Origin: an uncultured Solirubrobacterales bacterium
GTDB taxonomy: Bacteria > Actinomycetota > Thermoleophilia > Solirubrobacterales > JBBDJG01
Assembly (NCBI GenBank): GCA_963724065.1
Contig: CAVRTB010000002.1
Coordinates: 116,073 to 180,072, forward strand
DNA: 64,000 nt
Direction of reading: 5' to 3'
In this document: one piece after another, positions 1 through 9,709 of the stretch
Layout of the letters: each line of letters opens with the position of its first letter
Numbering within the stretch: the stretch's first letter is position 1
Program-made: the position numbers and the translations under genes
The notes under the pieces: generated by a model
Told to the model about the DNA's origin: nothing
The model's input: only the letters and a program-made list of their open reading frames with translations
The model's database searches: none

Positions 1-39
1 AAACTTCACCTTTCGGGCCCAGCGTCCGATCAATGCGAC

Positions 40-1686
40 ATGCCCCAAGCAGAGGGCGCCCGGCCTTTGTGGGACGTGATTCGCACGCTCTTTGCGCGGC
101 GCGCCGACCCCTACGCCGGGAACGACCTCGACAACGCCGGCCGGCTGAACGGGCTGGTATGGGTCATCTGCGCCATCGTGATGGCGGTCCTGCTTCCGCT
201 TGCGCCGCCGACCGGGCGCTTCGTGACCGCCGGATGGATCGTGGCGGTTCCGCTCGTCGCCAGCGCGCTCGCGCGCGGGGTCCGCTGGCTCACGCGAGCG
301 CCGTCGAGTTTCAACCGGCTGCTCGCCGGCAGCTACGTGGCGGTCGCCGAGCTCGTGCTGATCCAGGCCCTCGCCGGCGAGGGCGCCTCCGCCTACGAGG
401 AGCTCTACCTGTTCCTCGCGGTGTCAACCGCGGCCGTGCACCCCCCGCGGCGGGTCGCGCCATATCTGGGCGCGATCGCGGTCGCGGCGATGCTGCCGCT
501 CCTCCAGGAAGGCTGGACCTCGGCGACCGCCGCCGACCTCGTGGTCCGGCTGATGCTGTGGCTGACGCTCTCGGGCCTCGCGATGATCCTCGTCGGGACG
601 CTTCGCGCTCAACGCCAGGCGCTCAGCGAGGAGAGCCGCGCGGCTCAGGAACTGGCCAACCAGGACCCGCTCACCGGGATCGGCAACCGCCGCCGCCTGA
701 TGAGCGACCTCGAGGCGATGCTGCCCGTGGCGAGCGAGCGCACCCCGCTGCTGCTCGCGGCGTTCGACCTCGACGGCTTCAAGGCATACAACGACACCTA
801 CGGCCACCCCACGGGGGACACGCTCCTGCGCCGCCTGGGCGAGCAGCTCAGGCAGGCTGTCGCGGGGCGCGGTCACGCATACCGGATGGGCGGCGACGAG
901 TTCTGCGTCCTCGCCCACGTGACCGCGACCGACGCGGCGACGATCGTCGACCGCGCGGCAGCCGCGCTCTCGGAGCGCGGCGAGATCTTCTCCGTGAACA
1001 CCTCCTGCGGCTGGGTGCTGCTGCCCCACGAGGAGGTGAGCGACTCCTCGACCGCGATGCGGCTCGCCGACCGCCGCATGTACGCGCAGAAGAACCTCGG
1101 CCGCGCGTCGGCGGGACGGCAGGCGACCGACGCGCTGCTCCAGGTCCTGTCCGAGCGCTCGGCCGATCTCGGCAACCACATGCACGACGTGATGGCCCTT
1201 TGCGACCCGGTCGCGACGCTGATCGGCGTGAGCCCCGAGGCCCGCGGCGCGTTGCTCCAGGCAGCCTCGCTGCACGACATCGGCAAGGCGGCGATCCCGG
1301 AGTCGATCCTCGACAAGCCCGGGCCGCTGAACGCGTCGGAGTGGGCCTTCATGCGCACCCACACCGTGATCGGCGCGCGCATCATGGCCGCCGCGCCCGC
1401 GCTGAAGGAGGCGGCGAGACTGGTGCGCGCCAGTCACGAAAGCTACGACGGCACCGGCTATCCCGACGGGCTGGCCGGCGACGACATCCCGCTCGGAGCA
1501 CGGATCATCGCGGTCTGCGACGCGTACGACGCGATGGTGTCGAGGCGCCCGTACCGGGCGCGCATGAGCCCGGAGGTCGCGCTCGAAGAGGTGCGCCGCT
1601 GCGCCGGCACACAGTTCGACCCGGTCGTCGTCGACGCATTCTGCGCCGCGATCGGCGAGCGGGCGGCGGACGCCGCGCTCGGATAG
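40..1686 (+). CDS. Membrane-associated GGDEF diguanylate cyclase fused to an HD-GYP phosphodiesterase domain
   Basis: Hydrophobic N-terminal segments. GGDEF motif (YRMGGDEFCVL). HD (LHDIGKAAIP) and GYP (HESYDGTGYPDGL) motifs. The overlapping ORFs in other frames are Arg/Pro-rich shadow ORFs. Confidence 0.85.
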   Translation: MPQAEGARPLWDVIRTLFARRADPYAGNDLDNAGRLNGLVWVICAIVMAVLLPLAPPTGRFVTAGWIVAVPLVASALARGVRWLTRAPSSFNRLLAGSYVAVAELVLIQALAGEGASAYEELYLFLAVSTAAVHPPRRVAPYLGAIAVAAMLPLLQEGWTSATAADLVVRLMLWLTLSGLAMILVGTLRAQRQALSEESRAAQELANQDPLTGIGNRRRLMSDLEAMLPVASERTPLLLAAFDLDGFKAYNDTYGHPTGDTLLRRLGEQLRQAVAGRGHAYRMGGDEFCVLAHVTATDAATIVDRAAAALSERGEIFSVNTSCGWVLLPHEEVSDSSTAMRLADRRMYAQKNLGRASAGRQATDALLQVLSERSADLGNHMHDVMALCDPVATLIGVSPEARGALLQAASLHDIGKAAIPESILDKPGPLNASEWAFMRTHTVIGARIMAAAPALKEAARLVRASHESYDGTGYPDGLAGDDIPLGARIIAVCDAYDAMVSRRPYRARMSPEVALEEVRRCAGTQFDPVVVDAFCAAIGERAADAALG

Positions 1687-1696
1687 CTTCTGCTGC

Positions 1697-2911
1697 GTGG
1701 CACAGGTCGCCGAGCTCGATCTCCCGACGTTCGACTACACGAACCCCGACCTGCGCGGGGATCGCTTTCACGAAGTGATGAGCGAGCTGCGCGGGACGTC
1801 GTGGATCGCGTCGTCGGAGTTCGGCTACTTCGTGCTCGACCGCGAGGCCGCCGGCTTCTTCCTGCGCTCGCGCAAGGCTGAGTTCCCCGGCGCCTACATG
1901 TTCGACCTGCTCGGGATCACGGACGGCCCGCTGCGCGATTCGCTGTCGCGCAACATCCTCACGCTCGGCGGTGAGCAGCACGCGCGGCTGCGGAAGCTCG
2001 TGCAGCCGTCGTTCACGCCGAAGGCCGCGGACCGCTACCGGCCGGCGATGCGGGAGTTCCTCGCACAGCTTTGGGAGAAGGTCGCCGGGCGCGGCGAGTG
2101 CGACTTCGTTCGCGACTTCGCCAAGCCCTACCCGGCGCTGATGATCGCGACGGTCGTGGGCGCGCCGCTCGAGGACGCGGGAGAGCTGCACCGTCTCTCC
2201 AACTTGCTCCAGCAGCAGTTCGACGCGATCGCGTTGATGACGCGCCGCGAGGAGCTCGAGCGCGCCGCCGAGGAGTTCGACGCGTATGTCTGGAAGCTGG
2301 TCGAGGAGCGGCGGCGCTCTCCGGGCGACGACCTCGTATCCGAGCTGATCGCCGCCGAGGAGGCGGGGGACCGGCTCTCCGACGAGGAGTGCCAGGCGCT
2401 CGCGCGCGACGTGCTGAACGGCGGCGTCGACACGACGCAGAGCCAGCTCTCGCACGGCATCCGGATGTTCGCCGACCACCCGGGCCAGTGGGAGATGCTG
2501 GCCGGCGACCCGGCGCTCGCCGCGCAGGCCGCCGAGGAGGTGCTGCGCTACGAGCCGGTCGCGCCGTTCACGGCGCGCGTGATGCTCGAGGACGTGGAGT
2601 TCCGCGACGTCGTCTTCCCCAAGGGCACCGTCGTGATCGCGTGCCAGTGGACCGCGAATCGCGAGTCCGAGGGCGACGAGGACCCCACCAGCTTCGACAT
2701 CACCTCACCCCGGGGCGCCGCGAAGTCCCTCACGTTCGGCGCGGGCGCGCACTTCTGCCTGGGGTCGAACCTCGCGCGCGCCGAGCTCCAGGAGGGCCTC
2801 GCGTTCCTCGCCCCCCGGATGCCCGGGCTCGCGCTCGGCGGCGAGCCTGTCTACGACACGATCACCGGCATCTACGGCATGCACTCGCTGCCCGTGCGCT
2901 GGGCGATTTAG
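1697..2911 (+). CDS. Cytochrome P450
   Basis: Heme-Cys loop FGAGAHFCLGSNLA and ExxR motif (EEVLRYEP). Typical length of 404 aa. Confidence 0.9.
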   Translation: MAQVAELDLPTFDYTNPDLRGDRFHEVMSELRGTSWIASSEFGYFVLDREAAGFFLRSRKAEFPGAYMFDLLGITDGPLRDSLSRNILTLGGEQHARLRKLVQPSFTPKAADRYRPAMREFLAQLWEKVAGRGECDFVRDFAKPYPALMIATVVGAPLEDAGELHRLSNLLQQQFDAIALMTRREELERAAEEFDAYVWKLVEERRRSPGDDLVSELIAAEEAGDRLSDEECQALARDVLNGGVDTTQSQLSHGIRMFADHPGQWEMLAGDPALAAQAAEEVLRYEPVAPFTARVMLEDVEFRDVVFPKGTVVIACQWTANRESEGDEDPTSFDITSPRGAAKSLTFGAGAHFCLGSNLARAELQEGLAFLAPRMPGLALGGEPVYDTITGIYGMHSLPVRWAI

Positions 2912-2990
2912 TAAACAACGGTTCAAAACCTCGCCCCGCCGGGTAGACCCTCGCCGTCCAGCCGTCCGCGTCGGAGCACAGGGGGAGCAC

Positions 2991-5900
2991 ATGGGGAGCA
3001 GGGTCAACGCCCGCATCGTCGTCGTAATCGCCGCGCTGCTGGCGGCGCTCGGGGCGCTCGCGGTCGCCCAGAGCGGGCCCGGCGCCGGCGTCGCCCGCGC
3101 GCAGGTCACCGGCAGCCCTGGCGGCCTCCAGGCGACGATCCGCACGACGTCGCACGGCATCCCCCACATCGTGGCCTCGAACTTCGCCGGCCTCGGCTAC
3201 GGCTACGGCTACGCGGCCGCCAAGGAGAACATCTGCGTCCTGGCCGACATGTACGTGACCGTCAACGCCGAGCGCTCCCGCTGGTTCGGCCCCGACGCCG
3301 GCTACTCGCAGGGCGGCAACGGCACGACCAACAACAACCTCAACAGCGACTTCTTCTTCCAGCGCATCAAGGACAACGGCTCGATCGAGAGGCTGCTCGC
3401 GCTCGACCCGCCGCGCGGCCCGCGGCCGGAGATCAAGGAGGCGGTGCGGGGCTTCGCCGCCGGCTACAACAAGTGGCTCGGCGAGACGGGCGCCGACAAC
3501 ATCACGGACCCGCGCTGCCGCGGCGCCGCGTGGGTGCGCCCGATCACCGAGATGGACGCCTACCAGCGCTTCTACCAGCTCGGCCTGATCGCGAGCCAGG
3601 GAGTCGCGATCGACGGCATCGGGGGCGCCCAGCCGCCGGTGGGCGCCGGCCCGGTCCCCCCGACCCCGGGTGAGACCGAGGACATGATCCGGCGCCTCGG
3701 CGACCAGTTGCCGCTCGGCGGGATCGGCTCCAACGCATACGGCCTGGGCCGCGACGCGACCGACAACGGGCGCGGCATGGTGCTCGGCAACCCGCACTTC
3801 CCGTGGGACGGGTCGGAGCGCTTCTTCGAGGCGCAGCTCACGATCCCGGGGCAGATCAACGTCAGCGGGGCGAGCCTCTTCGGGGTGCCGGTGATCAACA
3901 TCGGGCACACGGACAACCTCGCCTGGAGCCACACGGTCTCGACCGCCTACCGGTTCACGCCGTTCGAGCTGAAGCTCGTCCCGGGCCAGCCGACGAGCTA
4001 CATCTACGACGGTGAGGTGCGCCAGATGCGCTCCGAGGACGTGACCGTCGAGGTCAAGACGGCCGGCGGGGGACTCGAGTCGCGATCGCGCACCTTGTAC
4101 TCGTCCCACCACGGATCGGTGCTCACGTCGATCCTGGGCCTGCCGCTGTTCCCGTGGACCCCGGCCACGGCGTGGTCGATCGGCGACGCCAACGCCGGCA
4201 ACTTCCGCTACCTGAACCACTTCTTCGAGGTTAACCAGGCCCAGGACGTCGACGAGCTCGACGAGCTGATCAAGCGCAACCAGGGCGTGCCGTGGGTCAA
4301 CACGATCGCGGCCGACTCCGACGGCGACGCCTACTACGCGGACATCTCCGTGGTCCCGCACGTCACCAACGAGAAGGCGCAGACCTGCAACACGGTGCTC
4401 GGGCGCGGCACGTTCGAGGCCCTCGGCCTGCCGGTGCTCGACGGCTCGCTCTCGGCGTGCGAGTGGGGCAGCGACCCCGATGCGGTCGAGCCGGGCATCT
4501 TCGGGCCGTCGAACCTGCCCAGCATGCGGCGCGACGACTTCGTCCTCAACTCGAACGACTCGTACTGGCTGACGAACCCCGATGACCCGATCGAGGGCTA
4601 CGACCGCATCATCGGGGACGAGCGCACCGAGCGCGCGCTACGGACCCGGTCCGGGCTCGCGATGGCGGCGGAGCGGCTCAGCGGGAGCGATGGGCGGCCC
4701 GGTGACCGCTTCACCCGGAGCCAGCTCCAGGACATCGTCTTCGACAACCGCCAGCACGCGGGCGAGCTGTGGCGCGACGAGCTTGCCGCGTTCTGCGAGG
4801 CGACGCCCGTGATGACCGGGTCGGCCGGCCCGGTCGACGTGAGCGAGGCGTGCCCCGTGCTGCGCGCCTGGGACCTCCACGACGACCTCGGCTCGCGCGG
4901 CGCGATCCTCTTTCGCCGTTTCGCGAGCCGCGCGCTCGGCGCCGTGCCGGTGGCCGGCACCCCCGGGCTCTACACGACGCAGTTCGACTTCACCGACCCC
5001 GTCTACACGCCGCGCGGTCTGAACGTCGCCAACCCGGCGGTGGAGCAGTCGTTCGCCGATGCCGTCAACGACCTGCGCAATGCCGGCATCCCGCTCGACG
5101 CGCCGTTGCGCGACTGGCAGTACGAGCGGCGCGGGAACGAGCGCGTCCCGATCCACGGCGGGCCCGGCAGCGTCGGCGTCTTCAACGCCATCAACGTGGG
5201 CTGGACCGGCTCGGGAGCGAGCGCCGGCTACAACAACGTGCCGCACGGCTCGAGCTTCGTGATGGTCGCGCAGTTCACGGGCGACGCCGACTGCCCGGTC
5301 GACACGCGCTCGATCCTCACGTATTCACAGTCGGCCAATCCGAACTCGCCCTACTTCGCCGACCAGACGCGGATGTTCTCGGAGAAGCAGTGGGTCGACG
5401 AGGCCTACTGCGAGGACGAGATCGCGGCCGACCCGAACCTCGAGGTGACCGAGATCGCGGAACCCACAGGCTATCCGCGCCCCAAGGGTGCGACGCCCGT
5501 GCGCGTTGCGCTCGTGCCCGCCTATCGCGCATGCACGACTCCCGACCGCACCCACGGCCCGCCGCTCGCGTTCCCATCGTGCGGATCGCCGGCGCAGACG
5601 TCGTCCCACCTGACCGTCGGCTCGCCCGACGCGAACGGAGCCGGCGCGAACGCGAGCGGCTTCGTGCGGCTCGGCGTGCAGGTCGGGGTGCCCGGTCCGC
5701 CGGACGACTCGGACCTGAGCATCACGGCCGACGTCACGGACGTGCGCTGCGCGGGCGCCGGACCGGCCTGTGGCCCCGCGAATGCCGCCGGCGGTGACGA
5801 CTACACCGGTGAGCTCCAGGCCAACATGCAGATGCGCCTCACCGACAAGTTCAACGGCACCTCCGCGGGCGGGGGGACCGATCCGGGGACCGTCGTCGAC

Positions 5901-6128
5901 TTTCCCTTCCCGGTGAGCCTCTCGTGCGCTGCGAGCGCCAGCACCGCGGTCGGTGGATCGTGCGCGGTCACGACCTCCATGACCGCGGTCGTGCCCGGCG
6001 CCGCGCGGGACGGCGACCGCGCGATCGTGCAGCTCGGCCAGGTGCAGGTGTCCGACGGCGGGCCGGACGCCGTCGCCGCCACCGCGGACAACCAGCAGTT
6101 CATGGTGCAGGGCCTCTTCGTTCCGTAG
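2991..6128 (+). CDS. Secreted Ntn-hydrolase acylase (PvdQ/AHL-acylase-like, penicillin amidase family) with an extra ~220-aa C-terminal module
   Basis: Signal-peptide-like N-terminus (VVVIAALLAALGALAVAQS). The nucleophile context GGIGSNAYGLGRDATDNGRGMVLGNPHFPW and the segment HTDNLAWSHTVS resemble PvdQ-type acylases from memory. From GYPRPKGATP (nt ~5469) to the terminal QGLFVP it matches the C-termini of the four paralogs at 35408-49368. Confidence 0.9.
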   Translation: MGSRVNARIVVVIAALLAALGALAVAQSGPGAGVARAQVTGSPGGLQATIRTTSHGIPHIVASNFAGLGYGYGYAAAKENICVLADMYVTVNAERSRWFGPDAGYSQGGNGTTNNNLNSDFFFQRIKDNGSIERLLALDPPRGPRPEIKEAVRGFAAGYNKWLGETGADNITDPRCRGAAWVRPITEMDAYQRFYQLGLIASQGVAIDGIGGAQPPVGAGPVPPTPGETEDMIRRLGDQLPLGGIGSNAYGLGRDATDNGRGMVLGNPHFPWDGSERFFEAQLTIPGQINVSGASLFGVPVINIGHTDNLAWSHTVSTAYRFTPFELKLVPGQPTSYIYDGEVRQMRSEDVTVEVKTAGGGLESRSRTLYSSHHGSVLTSILGLPLFPWTPATAWSIGDANAGNFRYLNHFFEVNQAQDVDELDELIKRNQGVPWVNTIAADSDGDAYYADISVVPHVTNEKAQTCNTVLGRGTFEALGLPVLDGSLSACEWGSDPDAVEPGIFGPSNLPSMRRDDFVLNSNDSYWLTNPDDPIEGYDRIIGDERTERALRTRSGLAMAAERLSGSDGRPGDRFTRSQLQDIVFDNRQHAGELWRDELAAFCEATPVMTGSAGPVDVSEACPVLRAWDLHDDLGSRGAILFRRFASRALGAVPVAGTPGLYTTQFDFTDPVYTPRGLNVANPAVEQSFADAVNDLRNAGIPLDAPLRDWQYERRGNERVPIHGGPGSVGVFNAINVGWTGSGASAGYNNVPHGSSFVMVAQFTGDADCPVDTRSILTYSQSANPNSPYFADQTRMFSEKQWVDEAYCEDEIAADPNLEVTEIAEPTGYPRPKGATPVRVALVPAYRACTTPDRTHGPPLAFPSCGSPAQTSSHLTVGSPDANGAGANASGFVRLGVQVGVPGPPDDSDLSITADVTDVRCAGAGPACGPANAAGGDDYTGELQANMQMRLTDKFNGTSAGGGTDPGTVVDFPFPVSLSCAASASTAVGGSCAVTTSMTAVVPGAARDGDRAIVQLGQVQVSDGGPDAVAATADNQQFMVQGLFVP

Positions 6129-6175
6129 TCGCCGGCCCGGCGCGCGATCGGCGTCGCTCGTGCTGCAATAGACGC

Positions 6176-6669
6176 GTGAAGCGGTACGCGATCGTCGTGG
6201 TTGCGATCCTCGTTGCGCTCGGCGGCGGCGGGTGCGGGGACTCGCGGGAGGGCGAGGCCGCCGCGCCGCGCACGAGCGCCGCCCCGGCCGCGGACGTCGT
6301 CCGCGTGCACGTCGGCGACGCGACGGCGCGCGCGGACGTGGCCGACGACGATGCCGAGCGCGCCCGCGGGCTCGGCGGCCGCGCGCGCCTCGGCCGTGAC
6401 GCCGGGATGTACTTCGTGATGCCGGGCGACTCTCCGAGCTTCTGGATGAAGGGCATGCGGTTCCCGCTCGACATGATCTGGATCAGGGACGGCCGGGTGG
6501 TCGACGTGACCGCGCGCATCCCTCCCCCCGCGCGGGCGCCTCCGAAGCGCGGCTTCCCACCTACTCACCGGACCGGCCGGCGAACCGGGTGCTCGAGGTC
6601 CGCGCCGGGTGGGCGGCTCGCAACGGCGTCGGCGCGGGTGACCGCGTGAGGGTCGAAGCCGTTCGCTGA
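6176..6669 (+). pseudogene. DUF192 (COG1430) family protein, reading frame broken by an apparent frameshift
   Basis: The frame starting at GTG 6176 gives a lipoprotein-like N-terminus and the DUF192 core (ARGLGGR...GMYFVM...FWMKGMRFPLDMIWIRDGRVV), then turns into Arg/Pro-rich text and stops at 6649. A different frame over 6550-6669 reads TYSPDRPANRVLEVRAGWAARNGVGAGDRVRVEAVR*, the expected DUF192 C-terminus. The shift lies around 6515-6560, near a C-run. Confidence 0.6.
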
Positions 6670-6783
6670 AGGCGCGGGGGGTCGGTAAGTCCGAGTGGTC
6701 GGCGATCTCGATGCACGCGACCGCCGACGCCGAGCGCATGCTGGCGGACTTCGAGCACGCGTGAGCGCGTAACATCTCCGCGC

Positions 6784-7743
6784 GTGGCGCCCGAGCCGAC
6801 ACCCGACCGGGCTGCGGCACGCGTCACCGTGTTCGGCTCGCACCCGCTGCTGGCGATCACGATCGAGCAACGCGGCGAGGACCAGGACGACGTGCACATG
6901 CATCCGGCCGGCCAGGGCGTGTGGGTCGCGCGGATGGCCGCGCAGCTCGGGTCGAACGCGATCCTCTGCGGGTTCATCGGCGGCGAGACCGGCACGGTGC
7001 TCAGGCCGCTCCTCGACGGGCTCGACGCCGAGCTCCGGCTCGTCGACACGACCGCGACGAGCGGCACCTACGTGATCGATCGCCGCGGCGGCGAGCGCGA
7101 CATGGTCGCGAACGCGTGGAGCGATCCGCCCTCGCGCCACGAGATCGACGACCTGTTCTCGGTGACCGTCGCGGCAGCGCTCGAGAGCGAGGTGCTCGTG
7201 CTCTGCGGCCCCGTCCCCTCCGAGTCGCTACCGCTCGAGATCTACGGCAGCCTCGTGGCCGACGCAAAGGCTGCCGGCACGCGCGCGATCGTGGACCTCT
7301 CCCCTCCCCGGCTCAACAGCGCCCTGGAGGGAAAGCCGGACTTCGTGAAGCTCAACGACTGGCAGCTGGGCGAGTTCCTCGACGGGCCCGCGGTCGAGCC
7401 CGAGCAGATCCGCGAGGGCGCCAAGCGCGTGCTCGCAGCCGGCGCCGGCTGCGTGATGGTCACGCGCGGTGGCGACCCGGCGCTGATCGTGGTCGACGAC
7501 GGTCGTGCCTGGGAGCTGATCCCGCCGCGCTTTCGCCGCGGCGCCCCGGAGGGCAGCGGCGACTCGATGGTCGGGGCGCTCGCGGCGACGCTCGCCCGCG
7601 GAATGGAGATCGAGGATGCGCTGCGCTGGGGTGGAGCGGCGGGCGCGACCAACTTCCTGCGCCATGGGCTCGGCACCGGATCGCACGACGTCGTGTCGGA
7701 CCTGCTCTCGCATGTCGTGCTGCGGCCGGTCTCGATCGACTAG
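6784..7743 (+). CDS. PfkB-family carbohydrate/sugar-phosphate kinase (1-phosphofructokinase-like)
   Basis: PfkB-like layout with the C-terminal signature PEGSGDSMVGALAATLARG. 319 aa. Confidence 0.8.
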   Translation: MAPEPTPDRAAARVTVFGSHPLLAITIEQRGEDQDDVHMHPAGQGVWVARMAAQLGSNAILCGFIGGETGTVLRPLLDGLDAELRLVDTTATSGTYVIDRRGGERDMVANAWSDPPSRHEIDDLFSVTVAAALESEVLVLCGPVPSESLPLEIYGSLVADAKAAGTRAIVDLSPPRLNSALEGKPDFVKLNDWQLGEFLDGPAVEPEQIREGAKRVLAAGAGCVMVTRGGDPALIVVDDGRAWELIPPRFRRGAPEGSGDSMVGALAATLARGMEIEDALRWGGAAGATNFLRHGLGTGSHDVVSDLLSHVVLRPVSID

Positions 7744-7879
7744 GCGCGGGGCCGCTAGGTCGCTCCCACATCCCGACCGAACGTCCCGGACTGCGTGCTC
7801 GAGGCGGTATCGCGGGACGTTCGGCCACGGGCTCTGGTCGTCCTGACCCGGGTGTCCGGGGTACTCGGGGTTGGTCGCG

Positions 7880-8614
7880 CTAGATCAGCGGCGCCGCCCA
7901 CGGCGGGCGGACGTCCTCGCCGGCGAGGATCGCTGCCGGCCCGTCGCTCGTGATCCAGCCGAGGTGCGGGCGCACCAGGTCCACCTCAGCCAGGCGGCTG
8001 AGCCCGTCGGAAAGGCGCAGCGCGCGCCCGGCGTGCGACGAGTGCGCATCCGAGGCGATCAGATGGATCAGCCCCTCGCCCGCGAGCTCGAGCAGATAGT
8101 CGGACGCCGGGCTCTCCGCCACGAGCGCGGCGGTGGCCTGCACCAGGGCTCCCATCTCGACGAGCGCCGCGAGTCGATCGCGAAAGTCCACCCCCGGGTG
8201 GCGCTCGGGGTGAGCGATCACGCTGCGGAAGCCACGCTCCTCGAGGCGCAGCACCGCGTCCTCGAGGTGCTGGCTGAGCGGCCCCGGGCGCGGCTCCACG
8301 AGCAGCCAGCGGCCGTTGCCGAGCGCGACGCGCTCGAGCGCCTCGTCGGAGAGCTGGTCGAGCATCGGCTCGGAGATCTCGCCGGCGGGGATGACGCGCA
8401 ATGCGATCCCTTCGCGCTCGAACTCCGCGTTCACGACCCGGACGCGGTCTTCGAGCTCCTCGGGCACGACCGCGTGGTCGGGATGGATGTGCGGCGTCGC
8501 GCAGACGAGCGTGATCCCGTCCGCCTCGGCGACGCGCGCCATCTCGACGCTGTCGGCGAGGTCACGCGCGCCGTCGTCGAGCCCGGGCAGGATGTGACAG
8601 TGGAGGTCGATCAC
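7880..8614 (-). CDS. PHP-family protein-tyrosine phosphatase (CpsB/YwqE-like)
   Basis: The N-terminus VIDLHCHILPGLDDGA is the hallmark CpsB motif, and HPERH and ASDAHS motifs lie further on. I chose the GTG start at 8614. The rest of the long ORF (to 9373) overlaps the opposite-strand LLM gene and looks non-coding. Confidence 0.85.
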   Translation of the reverse strand: MIDLHCHILPGLDDGARDLADSVEMARVAEADGITLVCATPHIHPDHAVVPEELEDRVRVVNAEFEREGIALRVIPAGEISEPMLDQLSDEALERVALGNGRWLLVEPRPGPLSQHLEDAVLRLEERGFRSVIAHPERHPGVDFRDRLAALVEMGALVQATAALVAESPASDYLLELAGEGLIHLIASDAHSSHAGRALRLSDGLSRLAEVDLVRPHLGWITSDGPAAILAGEDVRPPWAAPLI

Positions 8615-8668
8615 GGCTTCAGTATGCCTGCGCCACGCCGCGCGCACGCTCAGGTAGGGTCCGCGCCG

Positions 8669-9709
8669 ATGGCGCGCGAACTGAAGCTCGGGCTCAACAC
8701 CGGTTACTGGAGCGCCGGGCCACCGCCGGGGGTCGAGCAGGCGATCGCCGAGGCCGACCGGCTCGGGTTCGACTCGATCTGGACGGCGGAGGCGTACGGC
8801 TCGGACGTGCTGACGCCGCTCGCATGGTGGGGAGCGAAGACCCGCAACGTGCGCCTCGGGACGGCGATCATGCAGATGTCGGCGCGCCAGCCGGCAGCCG
8901 CCGCGATGGCCGCGATGACGATGGACCATCTCTCGGGCGGCCGGTTCGTGCTCGGCCTCGGCGTCTCCGGCCCCCAGGTCGTGGAGGGCTGGTACGGGAT
9001 GCCCTTCGAGAAGCCGCTCGCGCGCACCCGTGAGTACGTGAAGATCGTGCGCGACATCGTTGCGCGCGATGGGAAGGTCACGAGCGAGGGACCGCACTAT
9101 CCGCTGCCCTACCCCGACGGCACGGGCCTCGGCAAGCCGCTGCGCTCGACGATCCACCCGGTACGCACCGACATACCGATCTTCCTCGGCGCGGAGGGCC
9201 CCAAGAACGTCGCGCTCGCGGGGGAGATCTGCGACGGCTGGATGGCGTTGTTCTTCTCGCCGCGTAACCAGGACTTCTACCGCGACGCGCTCGCCGAGGG
9301 CTTCGCGCGCGAGGGGGCGCGGCGCTCGTGGGACGACTTCGAGGTGATGGCGACCGTGCCGGTGATCGTGCACGACGACGTCGAGCAGGCGGCCGACTTC
9401 CTACGGCCGATGTACGCCCTGTACTTCGGCGGCATGGGCGCGCGGGGGCGCAACTTCCACCACGACGTGGCGGTGCGCCTCGGCTACGAGGCGGAGGCGA
9501 AGAAGGTGCAGGACCTCTACCTCGACGGCAAGAAGGACGAGGCCGCGGCCGCGATCCCCACGCGGCTCGTCGAGGACCTTGCACTGATCGGATCCGAGGA
9601 CAAGATCCGCGACGAGCTCGACGCCTGGCGCGAGTCGATCGCCACGACGCTGCTGATCGGCGGCGACGCGGCGATGATCCGCCGCGTCGCCGAGTTGGTC
9701 AAGGGCTAG
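8669..9709 (+). CDS. Luciferase-like monooxygenase (LLM) class F420-dependent oxidoreductase
   Basis: MARELKLGLNTGYW...FDSIWTAEAYGSDVLTPLAWW...GGRFVLGLGVSGPQVVEGWYG is typical of LLM/F420 oxidoreductases. ATG at 8669. The upstream part of the 7871 ORF is antisense to the phosphatase gene. Confidence 0.85.
   Translation: MARELKLGLNTGYWSAGPPPGVEQAIAEADRLGFDSIWTAEAYGSDVLTPLAWWGAKTRNVRLGTAIMQMSARQPAAAAMAAMTMDHLSGGRFVLGLGVSGPQVVEGWYGMPFEKPLARTREYVKIVRDIVARDGKVTSEGPHYPLPYPDGTGLGKPLRSTIHPVRTDIPIFLGAEGPKNVALAGEICDGWMALFFSPRNQDFYRDALAEGFAREGARRSWDDFEVMATVPVIVHDDVEQAADFLRPMYALYFGGMGARGRNFHHDVAVRLGYEAEAKKVQDLYLDGKKDEAAAAIPTRLVEDLALIGSEDKIRDELDAWRESIATTLLIGGDAAMIRRVAELVKG

Noticed and set aside
33-1778. 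581-aa ORF overlapping the first GGDEF/HD-GYP gene in another frame
   Set aside because: The translation is dominated by Arg, Pro, Gly and Ala and has no motifs. This is typical of alternative-frame ORFs in very GC-rich DNA, and the 40-1686 frame carries clear domain signatures.
2862-4361. 499-aa antisense ORF inside the acylase gene
   Set aside because: It is a shadow ORF with a low-complexity, Arg/Val/Gly/Ala-rich translation. The sense frame has strong Ntn-hydrolase motifs.
7871-8668. 5' extension of the LLM oxidoreductase ORF, and the corresponding upstream part of the 7880-9373 minus ORF
   Set aside because: Each long ORF is a fusion of a real gene with the antisense of its divergent neighbour. 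Domain motifs define the real boundaries (CpsB-like 7880-8614 and LLM 8669-9709).
9706-9709. Convergent gene pairs sharing a palindromic CTAG as overlapping stop codons, here and at 21318-21321
   Set aside because: The overlap is real. It is a trivial consequence of TAG stops in compact genomes, with no indication of function.
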